This document shows, one piece after another, positions 1 through 12,166 of a stretch of 64,000 bases of DNA. The notes below the pieces were generated by a model. It had not been told where the DNA came from. It searched no databases and worked only from the letters and a program-made list of their open reading frames with translations. Every line of letters starts with the position of its first letter. Position 1 is the first letter of the stretch. The position numbers and the translations under genes are program-made. Source of the stretch: Bacillota bacterium (GTDB lineage: Bacteria > Bacillota > Ch66 > Ch109); the NCBI GenBank assembly GCA_050952625.1, contig JBMNLH010000007.1, positions 32,001 to 96,000 of the forward strand. The letters run 5' to 3'.

Positions 1-1003
<1,003 letters not shown>

Positions 1004-4000
1004 CTAATACTCTTCTTCGGGAACGGCATCATTGTCCTGGTCATAGACCCCATAATCCCGTGGTTCATCTAAAGTATCCAGGTCATCTCCCGGTGCATAA
1101 TTGACGGATTCAAAGGTTTCATCTTCATCAGATGGTTGTTCCTCAGCGGCATAGCTATTTTCATTTTCGGCTTCAGGGTCTTCGTCGTTACCTTGGACTT
1201 CACCTTGAAAGTTATCCAGCCCGTATTCCCGGGCCGCCTCGTTAATGTCTTCCTCAACTTCTTTTATTTCTATTTCTTCATTTTGATCAGAAAGTACCTT
1301 AACATCCAGTCCTAAACTCTGCAGTTCCTTGATCAGGACCTTAAAGGACTCTGGAACACCCGGTTCGGGTACATTCTCCCCTTTGACAATGGCCTCATAG
1401 GTTTTAACGCGACCCACGACATCATCTGATTTTACGGTCAATATTTCCTGCAAAGTATAAGATGCGCCGTAGGCTTCGAGCGCCCAAACCTCCATCTCCC
1501 CAAAGCGCTGTCCGCCAAATTGCGCCTTACCGCCCAACGGTTGTTGGGTAACCAGGGAATAAGGACCGGTTGAGCGAGCGTGAATCTTATCATCAACTAA
1601 ATGGGCTAGTTTTAACATGTAGACATAGCCTACCGTTATCGGATTATCGAAAGGTTGCCCGGTCCGGCCATCAAACAAAATAGATTTACTCACTTCCACG
1701 AATGAAGATGGCCCGTTTTCTTCATTTGCCGGTAATCCCTGAGCCGGCTCATAAGCCATCTGATTGCTCCGGGATTCTTTTTCGAATCGCGCATACTCTA
1801 GATAATTCTTTACCTCTTCTTCTCTAGTAGCCTTGCCTCGCCTGATGCGGGCTGCACTCTCCAGGATCCGGCGAATATCTTCTTCATTCGCTCCGTCAAA
1901 AACTGGTGTGGCGACACTTAACCCTAAAGTCTTAGCGGCCCAACCTAGATGACACTCTAAAACCTGCCCGATATTCATTCTAGAAGGTACGCCTAAAGGA
2001 TTGAGGATAATTTCAATTGGTGTACCATCAGGCATAAAAGGCATATCTTCTTCCGGCAAAATCCGGGAAATGACTCCTTTGTTGCCATGCCGGCCAGCCA
2101 TCTTATCTCCCTCAGATATCTTCCGCTTCTGCGCCACATAAACCCGCACCAGTTGATTCACCCCGGGAGCTAGTTCATCATTGTTTTCCCGGGAGAATAC
2201 TTTGACGTCGACCACCTTCCCCGATTCACCATGGGGCACGCGCAGGGAGGTATCCCGCACCTCCCGTGCTTTTTCCCCAAAAATGGCCCGTAAGAGCCGC
2301 TCCTCGGCGGTCAATTCAGTTTCTCCTTTGGGAGTAACCTTGCCGACCAGGATGTCACTGGGTCGGACCTCTGCCCCAACCCGGATAATTCCCCGATCAT
2401 CCAGATCCTTTAACTGATCTTCTCCAACATTGGGAATGTCTCGCGTAATCTCCTCCGGCCCTAACTTCGTATCCCGGGCATCACACTCGTATTCTTCGAT
2501 ATGAATCGAGGTGAAATAATCATCCTTAACCATTTTTTCGCTAATTAAAATAGCGTCCTCGTAGTTATAACCTTCCCAGGGCATAAAGGCAACCAAAACA
2601 TTTCTCCCCAGGGCCAATTCACCCCGATCGGTCGAGGGGCCATCCGCAATGATCTCCCCGGCCTTCACGCGTTGTCCTTTAACCACAATCGGTTTCTGGT
2701 TAACACAGGTACCTTGATTAGAACGATCAAACTTCAATAACTTATAGTAATTCCGTTGTCCTCGCTCGGTCCGAATAACGATCTCATTACCGGTAACTGA
2801 TTCAACAACCCCGGCTTCTCTGGCGATAATGACTACACCCGAATCTAGGGCTGCCTTGTATTCCATACCGGTTCCGACTAAAGGCGCATCGGTCCGCAAC
2901 AAAGGAACCGCTTGCCGCTGCATGTTTGATCCCATCAAAGCTCGGTTAGCGTCATCGTGCTCTAAAAAGGGAATCAAGGCGGTGGCGATACTAACGACCT
3001 GCTTGGGTGAAACATCCATATACTCAACCTTGTCCGCTGAAACCTCCAGAATCTCACTGCCATATCGGGCATTGACGCGTTTATTGATAAAGCGGCCATC
3101 TTTATCCAGCGGCGCGTTCGCTTGAGCAATAATATAATTGTCTTCTTCATCCGCCGAAAGGTATTCTATTTCATCGGTGACCAGACCGCTTTCTTTATTT
3201 ACCTTTCGGTAAGGAGTCTCGATAAAGCCATATTCGTTTATCCGGGCATAGGTACTTAAAGAACCAATCAACCCGATATTAGGTCCCTCAGGGGTCTCAA
3301 TCGGACACATTCGGCCATAATGGGAATGATGGACATCGCGCACCTCAAACCCAGCGCGTTCCCGGCTTAATCCACCCGGGCCTAAGGCACTTAGGCGACG
3401 CTTATGGGTTAGTTCAGCCAGCGGATTGGTTTGATCCATAAACTGGGACAACTGGCTGCTGCCAAAAAATTCTTTAATGGCCGCAACCACTGGCCGGATA
3501 TTGATCAAAACCTGGGGAGTGATGACCTCCATATCTTGAATAGTCATTCTTTCGCGAACGACGCGTTCCATCCGCGAAAGGCCGATGCGAAACTGGTTCT
3601 GCAATAATTCTCCAACTGAACGCAGCCGGCGGTTGCCCAGATGGTCGATATCGTCCACCTGTCCCTGACCCTTCATCAAACCGAGCAGGTAACGCAGGAC
3701 CTCGATAACATCTTCCCGGCTCAAAGTTCGCTGATTTGCCCGCGCATCTATTCTTAATTTCTTGTTTAATTTATACCGACCCACATGAGCCAGATCGTAA
3801 CGTTTAGCATCGAAAAACAATGACTCCAGTAAAGAACGGGCACTCTCAACAGTTGGCGGTTCACCCGGACGCAGCCGTTTATAGATCTCGACCAGGGCAT
3901 CTGCTTCGGACTCTGTATTATCACGTTCTAAAGTTATTTGAATATGCTCATCATCGTTAAAAAGGTCCTGGATATGAGCATTGGTAGGATAGCCTAGGGC

Positions 4001-4582
4001 CCTAATCAAGACTGTGGCTGGCAATTTACGTGTTCGGTCAACCCGGACAAAGATATTGTCATTGGCGTCCGTTTCAAATTCCAGCCAAGCCCCCCGATTA
4101 GGGATAATTGTTGCCCCAAAGACCTTCTTGCCGCTGGGATCAATCTGTTCATTAAAGTAAACCCCGGGAGAACGCACCAACTGGCTAACAATAACCCGCT
4201 CGGCCCCGTTAATAATGAAGGTTCCTTTATTCGTCATCTTGGGGAAATCCCCCATAAAGACATCTGTTTCGTTAACCTCACCAGTCTCCTTGTTTAAGAG
4301 TCGGACCTTCACTCGCAAAGGAGCAGCATAAGTAACGTCCCTTTCCTTTGATTCCTCCTCCGAGTATTTGGGTTCACCCAAGTGATACCCCACAAACTCC
4401 AGGACTAAATTGCCGGTAAAATCCTGAATAGGCGAAATATCGTCAAATAATTCTTGTAAACCCGTTTCCAGAAACCATCGGTAGGAGTTCTGTTGCACCT
4501 CAATCAGGTTGGGCATTTCCAGCACCTCAGCGATTCGGGCGTAACTCCATCGTTTTTGGTTTCCTACCTCGATAGGATACAT
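1004..4582 (-). CDS. rpoB: RNA polymerase beta subunit
   Basis: 1192 aa ORF with [22 protein letters not shown] and rifampicin-region [10 protein letters not shown] motifs. Confidence 0.99.
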   Translation of the reverse strand: MYPIEVGNQKRWSYARIAEVLEMPNLIEVQQNSYRWFLETGLQELFDDISPIQDFTGNLVLEFVGYHLGEPKYSEEESKERDVTYAAPLRVKVRLLNKETGEVNETDVFMGDFPKMTNKGTFIINGAERVIVSQLVRSPGVYFNEQIDPSGKKVFGATIIPNRGAWLEFETDANDNIFVRVDRTRKLPATVLIRALGYPTNAHIQDLFNDDEHIQITLERDNTESEADALVEIYKRLRPGEPPTVESARSLLESLFFDAKRYDLAHVGRYKLNKKLRIDARANQRTLSREDVIEVLRYLLGLMKGQGQVDDIDHLGNRRLRSVGELLQNQFRIGLSRMERVVRERMTIQDMEVITPQVLINIRPVVAAIKEFFGSSQLSQFMDQTNPLAELTHKRRLSALGPGGLSRERAGFEVRDVHHSHYGRMCPIETPEGPNIGLIGSLSTYARINEYGFIETPYRKVNKESGLVTDEIEYLSADEEDNYIIAQANAPLDKDGRFINKRVNARYGSEILEVSADKVEYMDVSPKQVVSIATALIPFLEHDDANRALMGSNMQRQAVPLLRTDAPLVGTGMEYKAALDSGVVIIAREAGVVESVTGNEIVIRTERGQRNYYKLLKFDRSNQGTCVNQKPIVVKGQRVKAGEIIADGPSTDRGELALGRNVLVAFMPWEGYNYEDAILISEKMVKDDYFTSIHIEEYECDARDTKLGPEEITRDIPNVGEDQLKDLDDRGIIRVGAEVRPSDILVGKVTPKGETELTAEERLLRAIFGEKAREVRDTSLRVPHGESGKVVDVKVFSRENNDELAPGVNQLVRVYVAQKRKISEGDKMAGRHGNKGVISRILPEEDMPFMPDGTPIEIILNPLGVPSRMNIGQVLECHLGWAAKTLGLSVATPVFDGANEEDIRRILESAARIRRGKATREEEVKNYLEYARFEKESRSNQMAYEPAQGLPANEENGPSSFVEVSKSILFDGRTGQPFDNPITVGYVYMLKLAHLVDDKIHARSTGPYSLVTQQPLGGKAQFGGQRFGEMEVWALEAYGASYTLQEILTVKSDDVVGRVKTYEAIVKGENVPEPGVPESFKVLIKELQSLGLDVKVLSDQNEEIEIKEVEEDINEAAREYGLDNFQGEVQGNDEDPEAENENSYAAEEQPSDEDETFESVNYAPGDDLDTLDEPRDYGVYDQDNDAVPEEEY

Positions 4583-4832
4583 CTAAAGACCTCACCCCTT
4601 ATCAAGTTGGTGGACCCCCAATTAAAAAACGCAACTAACCCGCTAATGACTTTAACATATTAAGAACAGGCAAAAGCAAGGCAATGCTCACCTCGCTTCT
4701 AATTGTCCCCAGCCGTTACGCTATTTAATTATTCTTCCCAGTTCAACCAATAATATGCATGTTCTGCCATAAATATCTATTAGTAACTTTTAAAAACAAA
4801 ATAAATAGTCTTACAAAAGATGCCAGTCTATA

Positions 4833-4861
4833 ATGTTACCAGAAGACATGATATTTGTCAA
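4833..4861 (-). promoter_or_regulatory. sigma-A promoter for rpoBC
   Basis: Minus strand TTGACA-17 nt-TAACAT upstream of rpoB. Confidence 0.6.
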
Positions 4862-4902
4862 GTAAATCCTCAACAGTGTTTCGATAATAGCGGTACAATG
4901 TT

Positions 4903-4938
4903 AAAAAGACACTCCTAAGAAGAGACTTAAGAGTGTCT
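4903..4938 (-). terminator. Intrinsic terminator after rplL
   Basis: Minus strand stem AGACACTCTTAAG/CTTAGGAGTGTCT followed by T-run. Confidence 0.75.
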
Positions 4939-4972
4939 CACTTCCAAAACCAATTGGATTATCCCACACCAA

Positions 4973-5350
4973 TTACTTAATCTCGACGCTAGCACCAGCT
5001 TCGACTAATTTAGCTTTAATAGCTTCGGCGTCTTCCTTAGCAATCTTTTCTTTGATTGCTTTTGGAGCTGCTTCAACTAAGTCTTTGGCTTCTTTTAGAC
5101 CCAGACCAGTTAACGCACGAACTACCTTAATTACTTCAACCTTTTTCTCTCCAAAGCTGGTGAGGATGACGTCAAACTCAGTTTGGGCTTCTTCTTCAAC
5201 CGCGGCCGGTCCAGCTGCCGGGCCAGCGGCAATTGCTACCGGAGCGGCTGCGGTAACGCCAAATTCTTCTTCAAAGGCTTTAACTAGTTCCGATAATTCT
5301 AGGACCGTCATTCCCTTGACTATTTCAAGGACTTCATTAACTTTACTCAT
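4973..5350 (-). CDS. rplL: 50S ribosomal protein L7/L12
   Basis: [37 protein letters not shown]...[12 protein letters not shown]; start moved to ATG 5350, preceded by AAGGAGG. Confidence 0.98.
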   Translation of the reverse strand: MSKVNEVLEIVKGMTVLELSELVKAFEEEFGVTAAAPVAIAAGPAAGPAAVEEEAQTEFDVILTSFGEKKVEVIKVVRALTGLGLKEAKDLVEAAPKAIKEKIAKEDAEAIKAKLVEAGASVEIK

Positions 5351-5432
5351 TACTTTTTGCCTCCTTAAATATTCTAAATAACGGATAATTGATGTTGCTA
5401 ATCTTGGAATCAGCCTATCTGCCAAAATACGA

Positions 5433-5960
5433 TTAAGCGGTTTCCTGTTTTTGTTGGCGAATGCTGTCTAGCACGTGAACCAAATTGCGAATTGGTGCTT
5501 GAAGAACATTGACCCAACTGGTAATCGGTGCCTGGAATGCGCCGGCAACCTTGCCGAGCAATACTTCGCGCGATGGCAGCTCCGCTAATGCCTTAACGCC
5601 ATCAAGATCGATAACCTTTCCTTCTACCACCCCAACCTTAATGTTCAAGTTCTTGTGAGTCTTGGCGAACTCTGATAAAAGTTTCGCGGGAGCAACTGGA
5701 TCATTAACGCCAAAGGCAATGGCCGTTGGTCCTTTTAGATAAGGCTCCAATTCTGCCAGGCCCGCCTCACGAACGGCTAATGTGGTTAGAGTGTTCTTCA
5801 CTACCCGATACTCTACTCCAGCTTTACGCAGCTCGGCTCTCAGTTCGGTTGCTTCCGACACTTTTAACCCTCGGAAATCTGCCAAGATTAACGAACTGGA
5901 GTCGCTCATCTTTTGACGTAGTTCTTGCACGATCTTTTGTTTGGCTTCGATGTTGGGCAT
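5433..5960 (-). CDS. rplJ: 50S ribosomal protein L10
   Basis: VVKNTL, GPTAIAF and LPSREVLL motifs; AGGAGGT RBS. Confidence 0.98.
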   Translation of the reverse strand: MPNIEAKQKIVQELRQKMSDSSSLILADFRGLKVSEATELRAELRKAGVEYRVVKNTLTTLAVREAGLAELEPYLKGPTAIAFGVNDPVAPAKLLSEFAKTHKNLNIKVGVVEGKVIDLDGVKALAELPSREVLLGKVAGAFQAPITSWVNVLQAPIRNLVHVLDSIRQQKQETA

Positions 5961-5993
5961 CCTTTATTTCACCTCCTAACGGCTATAAAATCA

Positions 5994-6156
5994 CCAAAAA
6001 CAAAGGCCCCTGCAGACAGCAGAGACCCGGAAGGATATATCTTCAAGTTATCTAATGAAGGTTTCTTCCCAACCTCGGCAGGTGGACTTGCGAAAAATTG
6101 GTTTTGTCCCTTAAGTGGTTCCGCATCCGAACCACGCCTGCTGTCTGCAGTCAGTT
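5994..6156 (-). promoter_or_regulatory. L10 ribosomal-protein leader (attenuator)
   Basis: Minus strand CTGCAGACAGCAGG...TTAA...CCTGCCGAGG, then terminator GGTCTCTGCTGTCTGCAGGGGCC-TTTGTTTTT whose arm can pair with the 5' GCAGACAGCAG; upstream of rplJ. Confidence 0.85.
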
Positions 6157-6189
6157 ATATTCTGTTTAGTCTAAATCAATTTGTGTTTA

Positions 6190-6885
6190 TTAGCCCATTG
6201 CCTTTAAGGGATTAATCTTAATGCCCGGTCCCATAGAAGATGAAATAACGATACTCTTCATATACTGACCTTTAGCTGCGGCCGGTTTAGCTTTGATAAG
6301 AGTTTCGATGAGGGTTTGATAATTCTCTTTAATTTTGTCCGCATCAAAAGATGCTCGGCCGATTGGGGCATGGATAATCCCAGTTTTATCGACCCGGTAA
6401 GTAATTTTACCAGCTTTAACCTCACGGACCGCTCTTTCCACATCAAAAGTTACGGTACCGGTCTTCGGATTGGGCATCAATCCTTTGGGACCAAGCAGTT
6501 TGCCCAATTTCCCGACCATCCCCATCATATCTGGCGTAGCCACAGCTACGTCAAAACCAAACCAGCCTGCCTGAATCTGGGCAACAACGTCTTCTGCCCC
6601 GACAAAGTCTGCCCCGGCCAGTTCTGCTTCTTTGGCTTTATCACCCTTGGCAAAAACCAACACACTGCGGGTCCGTCCGGTTCCATGCGGCAGAACCACG
6701 GCCCCCCTGATTTGTTGGTCCGCATGTCGCGGATCAACGCCCAATTTAACGGCTATTTCGATAGTTTCATCAAATTTAGCTTGGGCTAGTTTTTTTACCA
6801 ACTCAAGTGCTTCATCAACTTCATACAATTTAGTCCGATCGTACTGTTTTAGTGCTTCCTGATACTTTTTGCCTCTAGCCTTCAT
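6190..6885 (-). CDS. rplA: 50S ribosomal protein L1
   Basis: [38 protein letters not shown]; start at ATG 6885 after AGGAGG. Confidence 0.98.
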   Translation of the reverse strand: MKARGKKYQEALKQYDRTKLYEVDEALELVKKLAQAKFDETIEIAVKLGVDPRHADQQIRGAVVLPHGTGRTRSVLVFAKGDKAKEAELAGADFVGAEDVVAQIQAGWFGFDVAVATPDMMGMVGKLGKLLGPKGLMPNPKTGTVTFDVERAVREVKAGKITYRVDKTGIIHAPIGRASFDADKIKENYQTLIETLIKAKPAAAKGQYMKSIVISSSMGPGIKINPLKAMG

Positions 6886-6892
6886 TTCCGAC

Positions 6893-6928
6893 ACCTCCTG
6901 TGGTAATAACGGATAGCTTCCTCCCACA
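6893..6928 (-). promoter_or_regulatory. L1-binding autoregulatory RNA site upstream of rplA
   Basis: Minus strand GTGGGAGG...CCGTTATTACCAC stem next to the RBS, typical L1 operator shape. Confidence 0.6.
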
Positions 6929-6984
6929 TTATTTTCTTTTCCTAAAACAAACCCAATAAATATCTCTGAGGGCACAAGACCGCT

Positions 6985-7077
6985 GTTTCCATAAGTGGCG
7001 TTGCTTTATTTAAACTTCTAGCGGAGTAAAGTTTCCACCCAAAGCCCCGATGTTCAACAAAGCCGGACGAGTTCACT
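6985..7077 (-). repeat. Dispersed repeat family A, copy at rplK stop
   Basis: Minus strand AGTGAACTCGTCCGGCTTTGTTGAACATCGGGGCTT...GAAGTTTAAATAAAGC matches other family A copies. Confidence 0.75.
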
Positions 7078-7498
7078 ATACTACCTCAATACCCATACTG
7101 CGAGCGGTCCCTTCGATTATCCTCATCGCCGCCTCTATATCAGCCGCGTTTAAGTCCTTCATTTTTGACTGGGCTATTTCTTTAACCTGATCCTGACTGA
7201 CCTTGCCAACTTTCTTCCGGTTTGGTTCTCCGGAAGCTGTTTCTATGCCAGCGGCCCGCTTCAATAACACGGACGCCGGTGGAGTTTTCAGAACAAAGGT
7301 AAACGATCTATCTTCGTAAATTGTTACCTCGACCGGCACTATCAGACCCGCCTGCGAAGAAGTTCGTTCATTATAGTCCTTGCAAAAGGCCATTATGTTA
7401 ACTCCGTGTTGTCCTAAAGCCGGACCTACTGGCGGGGCTGGTGTTGCTTTTCCAGCCGGAATTTGTAATTTGACCAAACCCACAACCTTTTTGGCCAT
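7076..7498 (-). CDS. rplK: 50S ribosomal protein L11
   Basis: [27 protein letters not shown]; [10 protein letters not shown]. Confidence 0.99.
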   Translation of the reverse strand: MAKKVVGLVKLQIPAGKATPAPPVGPALGQHGVNIMAFCKDYNERTSSQAGLIVPVEVTIYEDRSFTFVLKTPPASVLLKRAAGIETASGEPNRKKVGKVSQDQVKEIAQSKMKDLNAADIEAAMRIIEGTARSMGIEVV

Positions 7499-7504
7499 TA
7501 TCTA

Positions 7505-7553
7505 CACCTCCTTTGAGCAAATTGTGGTTTGCGAGCCAAAGGCCCTCCCACTC
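7505..7553 (-). promoter_or_regulatory. L1-binding autoregulatory RNA site upstream of rplK
   Basis: Minus strand GTGGGAGGGCC...GGCTCGCAAACCAC before the AGGAGG RBS. Confidence 0.6.
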
Positions 7554-8081
7554 CTATATCTTTTGAATCTGTGAAAATTCCAGTTCGGTAGGTGTTTCAC
7601 GACCAAACATGGAGATAAGCACCTTGATTTTTCCCTTTTCCGGGTAAATCTCACCGATAATCCCCTCAAAGTTTCGAAAAGGTCCAGCAATAACGCGTAC
7701 CATTTCACCCACAGTAAAATCAATTTTAGGTCGTGCCTCTTCTAGACCCATCTGTTGCAAAATATCATGGACCTCTGACTGGCGCAGAGCGATCGGTTTT
7801 GAACCGGTTCCTACAAAGCCGGTTACCCCCGGTGTATTCCGTACTACATACCACGAGTCATCAGTCATAATCATTTCGACTAAAACATAACCGGGAAAGA
7901 TCTTTTTCTTGATCAACTTTTTTTTCCCGTTCTTATACTCCATCTCGTCTTCCATGGGAACCAAAACGCGAAAAATCTTGTTCTCCATGTTCATTGACTC
8001 GACCCGTTTTTCCAGGTTGGCTTTGACTTTATTCTCATAGCCAGAATACGTATGAATTACATACCAATTTTTTTCATCCAT
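7554..8081 (-). CDS. nusG: Transcription antitermination factor NusG
   Basis: WYVIHTYSGYENKVK, FPGYVLVEM, KOW domain GPF...MFGRETP; probable start MDEKNWY at 8081. Confidence 0.98.
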   Translation of the reverse strand: MDEKNWYVIHTYSGYENKVKANLEKRVESMNMENKIFRVLVPMEDEMEYKNGKKKLIKKKIFPGYVLVEMIMTDDSWYVVRNTPGVTGFVGTGSKPIALRQSEVHDILQQMGLEEARPKIDFTVGEMVRVIAGPFRNFEGIIGEIYPEKGKIKVLISMFGRETPTELEFSQIQKI

Positions 8082-8213
8082 AATTGAAGGGACCTGCTGC
8101 AAACTAGACCCCTCACCCCCTCGGAATACCGGATTTGTTTGCACCTGCACCTATCTCCTGACAAACATTTAAACTCATTCTTCTAGTTTTCATTGAATGC
8201 TCTTGATACTTTA

Positions 8214-8462
8214 CTATTTCCCGACTGCCTTAAACAATTCTTCTATTAAAACACTTAACGCCGAATCTACTAACCAGATAAGCATGGCAACGAAGGCAAC
8301 TGAAACAAGGACCACCCCGGTATAGGTGATTAACTCCTTCCGGTTGGGCCAATGTACCTTCTTTAATTCAGCCACAACGTTACGCAAATAACCAGTTGAT
8401 CGATTCCGAAGGTCACTCCATTTATTCACTTCAGCCCGTTTGGCGGTGGTCATCCCTTTCAC
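8214..8462 (-). CDS. secE: Preprotein translocase SecE
   Basis: ELKKVHWPNRKEL motif plus one TM helix; between rpmG and nusG. Confidence 0.95.
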   Translation of the reverse strand: MKGMTTAKRAEVNKWSDLRNRSTGYLRNVVAELKKVHWPNRKELITYTGVVLVSVAFVAMLIWLVDSALSVLIEELFKAVGK

Positions 8463-8474
8463 ATCCTCAAGCTT

Positions 8475-8627
8475 CTATTTAGTTTCTTTATGCACAGTAT
8501 GCGTCTTGCAAAACTTGCAGTACTTTTTCATTTCTATTCTGTCTGGATCATTTTTTTTGTTTTTATTAGTAGAATAATTCCGCTGTTTACATTCAGTACA
8601 GGCTAATATCACTCCAACACGCACCAT
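8475..8627 (-). CDS. rpmG: 50S ribosomal protein L33 (Cys-containing form); not in ORF track
   Basis: Hand translation [50 protein letters not shown]; GGAGGTG RBS. Confidence 0.97.
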   Translation of the reverse strand: MVRVGVILACTECKQRNYSTNKNKKNDPDRIEMKKYCKFCKTHTVHKETK

Positions 8628-8662
8628 TAACACCTCCCCGGCAGACTAACACACCTCAACAA

Positions 8663-8691
8663 TGTAGCACAGCAAAGGTCTTCCTGTCAAT
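8663..8691 (-). promoter_or_regulatory. sigma-A promoter for rpmG-secE-nusG
   Basis: Minus strand TTGACA...TGCTACATT (extended -10). Confidence 0.55.
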
Positions 8692-8790
8692 AGACTCATT
8701 CTGACCTTTGTTGCCAACCCCATGTGTACTAGTGTACCAACTTTAGCCAGTTTCTAATCCTCAATGATGTCGACACTCATATATTCAGCA

Positions 8791-8900
8791 GAGTGAACTC
8801 GTTCAGCTTCATTGAACTTCATGCCTCAGATGGAGATTTTTACTCCAGCAGAAGTTTAAATAAGGCAACCCCGGCTAATAGAAGCAGAGTTTTTTGATTA
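8791..8900 (+). repeat. Dispersed repeat family A copy
   Basis: GAGTGAACTCGTTCAGCTTCATTGAACTTC...CAGATGGAGA...GAAGTTTAAA...TTTTGATTA. Confidence 0.8.
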
Positions 8901-8904
8901 AGAT

Positions 8905-8935
8905 CAATTAAGGAGGCTGCCGCCGCAGCCTCCTT
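8905..8935 (-). terminator. Hairpin terminator after tuf
   Basis: Perfect 11-bp stem AAGGAGGCTGC/GCAGCCTCCTT. Confidence 0.65.
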
Positions 8936-8984
8936 CTGATTTCAGTTTCGGCCAGTCAACTTATCGGTTTAAATCAACAATTAC

Positions 8985-10187
8985 TTATTCGATAATGCCG
9001 GTCACGACACCAGCACCTACGGTCCGACCACCTTCTCGAATCGCAAACCGCAGTCCTTCTTCAATCGCAATCGGGGTGATCAGTTCAATGGTCATCCGAA
9101 TGTTGTCCCCGGGCATAACCATCTCTACGCCTTCCGGCAGGGTCGCGACACCAGTCACGTCTGTGGTCCGGAAATAGAATTGGGGTCGATAACCATTAAA
9201 AAATGGGGTGTGCCGTCCACCTTCGTCTTTCGTTAGGACATAGACTTCGGCCTGATAGTGGGTGTGCGGTTTAATGGAACCAGGCTTCGCTAAAACTTGA
9301 CCCCGTTCGATTTCTTTTCGATCAACCCCCCTGAGCAGGGTGCCGATGTTGTCACCCGCTTGGGCAAAGTCGAGAATCTTGCGGAACATCTCCACCCCAG
9401 TGCAGACAGTCTTGCGCACATCTTCCCGCAAACCAACGATTTCTATTTCCTCGCCAACCTTGATCGTGCCGCGCTCGACCCGACCAGTGGCCACGGTGCC
9501 TCGGCCAGTAATGGTAAAGACGTCTTCGACCGGCATCAGGAATGGCTTATCCACGGCCCGTTCCGGAATCGGCACGGAAGCGTCGACAGCGTCCATCAAA
9601 TCCCAGACCACCTTGCAGTTCGGGCATTCCCGGCCGCCACAGGCACATTCCATCGCCTTTAAGGCGGAACCCCGAATTACCGGAATGTCGTCTCCCGGAA
9701 ATTCATACATATTCAACAGGTCACGGACTTCCATTTCAACCAGTTCGAGTAATTCTTCGTCGTCAACCATATCCACTTTATTCAGGAAGACGACAATATA
9801 AGGAACGCCAACCTGACGTGCCAGCAAAATGTGCTCTCGGGTCTGCGGCATGGGACCGTCAGCCGCGGAGACCACCAGAATGGCTCCGTCCATCTGGGCC
9901 GCTCCAGTAATCATGTTTTTAACGTAGTCTGCGTGACCCGGGCAATCCACATGGGCATAATGTCGGTTGCCGGTTTCGTATTCCACGTGAGAGGTAGAGA
10001 TCGTAATCCCTCTTTCTCTTTCTTCCGGGGCTTTATCAATCTGATCATAAGCTGTGGCTACCGCGCCGCCGGCTTTGGCAAGACAAATGGTGATGGCGGC
10101 GGTCAAGGTGGTTTTGCCATGGTCCACGTGTCCAATGGTGCCAATATTCACGTGGGGTTTGGTTCTTTCAAATTTTTTCTTGGCCAT
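8985..10187 (-). CDS. tuf: Elongation factor Tu
   Basis: [36 protein letters not shown]. Confidence 0.99.
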   Translation of the reverse strand: MAKKKFERTKPHVNIGTIGHVDHGKTTLTAAITICLAKAGGAVATAYDQIDKAPEERERGITISTSHVEYETGNRHYAHVDCPGHADYVKNMITGAAQMDGAILVVSAADGPMPQTREHILLARQVGVPYIVVFLNKVDMVDDEELLELVEMEVRDLLNMYEFPGDDIPVIRGSALKAMECACGGRECPNCKVVWDLMDAVDASVPIPERAVDKPFLMPVEDVFTITGRGTVATGRVERGTIKVGEEIEIVGLREDVRKTVCTGVEMFRKILDFAQAGDNIGTLLRGVDRKEIERGQVLAKPGSIKPHTHYQAEVYVLTKDEGGRHTPFFNGYRPQFYFRTTDVTGVATLPEGVEMVMPGDNIRMTIELITPIAIEEGLRFAIREGGRTVGAGVVTGIIE

Positions 10188-10380
10188 TTAGATTGCCTTC
10201 CTCCCTTGATCCTGTAATTCTCTAATGACTACCAACTGACACTGTACTCACCAACAAAAAACCATAAACCATGAATAAATGTATAAAAACTCATTTCTTT
10301 CGCCCAGGAATACCCGTCGATTTGAAATGATTATTCTTTTCCCCTTTCATTCAACAGGAATTCCCAAAATGCCGATGATA

Positions 10381-10409
10381 ATTCTACCCCATTTTGTCCC
10401 AAATGTCAA
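10381..10409 (-). promoter_or_regulatory. sigma-A promoter for tuf
   Basis: Minus strand TTGACA-17 nt-TAGAAT. Confidence 0.6.
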
Positions 10410-10416
10410 ACTTCTA

Positions 10417-10450
10417 AATAAAAAAATCAAAGGGTTATTAACCCTTTGAT
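10417..10450 (-). terminator. Terminator after the tRNA cluster
   Basis: ATCAAAGGGTT/AACCCTTTGAT stem followed by T-run on minus strand. Confidence 0.75.
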
Positions 10451-10461
10451 CCTCTTTCTTT

Positions 10462-10538
10462 TGGTAGCGGCGCAGGGATTTGAACCCCGGACACTACGGG
10501 TATGAACCGTATGCTCTGACCAACTGAGCTACGCCGCC
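10462..10538 (-). tRNA. tRNA-Met (CAT, elongator type)
   Basis: GGCGGCGTAGCTCAGTTGG...TTCATAC...GTTCAAATCC...ACCA. Confidence 0.93.
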
Positions 10539-10544
10539 ATAAGA

Positions 10545-10620
10545 TGGAGCCCATAACCGGGATTGAACCGGTGACCTTATCCTTACCAAGGATACGCTCT
10601 ACCGACTGAGCTATATGGGC
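10545..10620 (-). tRNA. tRNA-Thr (GGT)
   Basis: GCCCATATAGCTCAG...CCTTGGTAAGG...GGGCTCCA. Confidence 0.95.
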
Positions 10621-10621
10621 T

Positions 10622-10697
<76 letters not shown>

Positions 10698-10760
10698 TTA
10701 TTAAAAGTTTAAAGTTAGTAAATGTTATTTTGCCTGTTTAATAATATAGTTTTAATAATA

Positions 10761-10836
<76 letters not shown>

Positions 10837-10870
10837 ACGTGAGCTTCATACTGCTAATAAAGATTTATTA

Positions 10871-10955
10871 TGGTGGAGGGGGAAGGATTTGAACCTTCGA
10901 AGGCGTTGCCAACAGATTTACAGTCTGCCCCCTTTGGCCACTCGGGAACCCCTCC
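10871..10955 (-). tRNA. tRNA-Tyr (GTA)
   Basis: GGAGGGGTTCCCGAGTGGCC...GACTGTAAATC, long variable arm, CCA. Confidence 0.95.
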
Positions 10956-11002
10956 ATAGCACTAACACTATATTTAAAATATATAAACTCTTTTTATCTG
11001 GT

Positions 11003-11077
11003 TGGAGCCGACGATGGGATTTGAACCCGCAACCTGCTGATTACAAGTCAGCTGCTCTACCATTGAGCTACGTCGGC
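11003..11077 (-). tRNA. tRNA-Thr (TGT)
   Basis: GCCGACGTAGCTCAATGG...GACTTGTAATC...GGCTCCA. Confidence 0.95.
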
Positions 11078-11114
11078 ACATTAGAAATCCTGGTTGTTGC
11101 CAGGAACATTTGCT

Positions 11115-11143
11115 ATCTTAGCAGAATACTTGCTGGCTGTCAA
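11115..11143 (-). promoter_or_regulatory. sigma-A promoter of the tRNA cluster
   Basis: TTGACA-17 nt-TAAGAT with TG extension. Confidence 0.65.
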
Positions 11144-11176
11144 TATTATTTTAAAATATTCTGCTGAATTATCCCC

Positions 11177-11824
11177 CTACTCGTCGTCTCTTTTTTCTAA
11201 ATACCGTTCCAATTTCCTTTTAACTCGCTGCAAGGCATTATCAATGGATTTAACGTGACGTTTCAGATCAACCGCTATTTCCTGATAGGACTTACCCTCC
11301 AGGTATGACATCAGCACCTTCCACTCCAGCGAGCTTAAGATTTCGCCCATCTTCTCTTCTATACCATCAAACTCTTCCCGACTGATGATTAATTCCTCAG
11401 GATCAGTAATCTTTGACCCAGTAATCACATCTAGCAAGGTGCGATCCGAATCCTCATCGTAAATCGGTTTGTTTAATGATACATATGAGTTTAAGGGGAT
11501 ATGCTTTTGTCTAGTCGCTGTCTTAATGGCCGTAATTATTTGCCTGGTGACGCATAATTCAGCAAACGCGCGAAAGGAGGAAAGTTTATCGCAGCGAAAA
11601 TCTCTAATTGCTTTAAAAAGACCGATCATCCCTTCCTGGATGATATCCTCCCGGTCAGCACCTATGAGAAAATAGGATCTGGCCTTAGCCCGTACAAAAT
11701 TACGGTATTTGTTTATTAGATGCTCTTCAGCCAAAAGATTCCCATCTCTAACCATCTCTACAATCTCTTCGTCACTCAGAGTCTCAAAAGCATCCAATAA
11801 CTCTTTTTGCACGACAAGAGTCAC
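11177..11824 (-). CDS. sigH: RNA polymerase sporulation sigma factor SigH
   Basis: YFLIGADREDIIQEGMIGL, TRQKHIPLNSYVSLNKP, KSIDNALQRVKRKL; probable GTG start at 11824 after GGAGG. Confidence 0.97.
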   Translation of the reverse strand: MTLVVQKELLDAFETLSDEEIVEMVRDGNLLAEEHLINKYRNFVRAKARSYFLIGADREDIIQEGMIGLFKAIRDFRCDKLSSFRAFAELCVTRQIITAIKTATRQKHIPLNSYVSLNKPIYDEDSDRTLLDVITGSKITDPEELIISREEFDGIEEKMGEILSSLEWKVLMSYLEGKSYQEIAVDLKRHVKSIDNALQRVKRKLERYLEKRDDE

Positions 11825-12166
11825 CCAGATCGCCTCCACAATAAGTACTCAATAGGCTTTGACCCCTGGTCTCCTAAATTTAGCTATTTATTACAACTTA
11901 GATCCTGAAGCCAATTCCCGAAGGCTTCCAAGTACCTGCGGTTTTATCATCAGCACACTCACTTACGAGACTTTGGGTGAGTTTGGAGAGTATGATCCGA
12001 AAAGATCATAACTTATTCAGAATTGACGATAGAGGAGGGGTTGTCCCAATTAACATATACATTATAAACGAAAGCCCGAATAACAGTCAATACTCATGTC
12101 GCAGAGTCAGAGCTAAAGCAGCAAAATGTTTTATCGCAGAGTCCAGATAAAGTGTCCGATAGTTTG

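Noticed and set aside
1004-1240. Acidic C-terminal tail of RpoB
   Set aside because: Common in clostridial RpoB
5726-6215. Plus-strand ORFs over the rplJ upstream region
   Set aside because: Antisense to rplJ and the L10 leader
11930-11970. CTGATGA on the minus strand as a possible hammerhead core
   Set aside because: No properly placed GAAA or stem II
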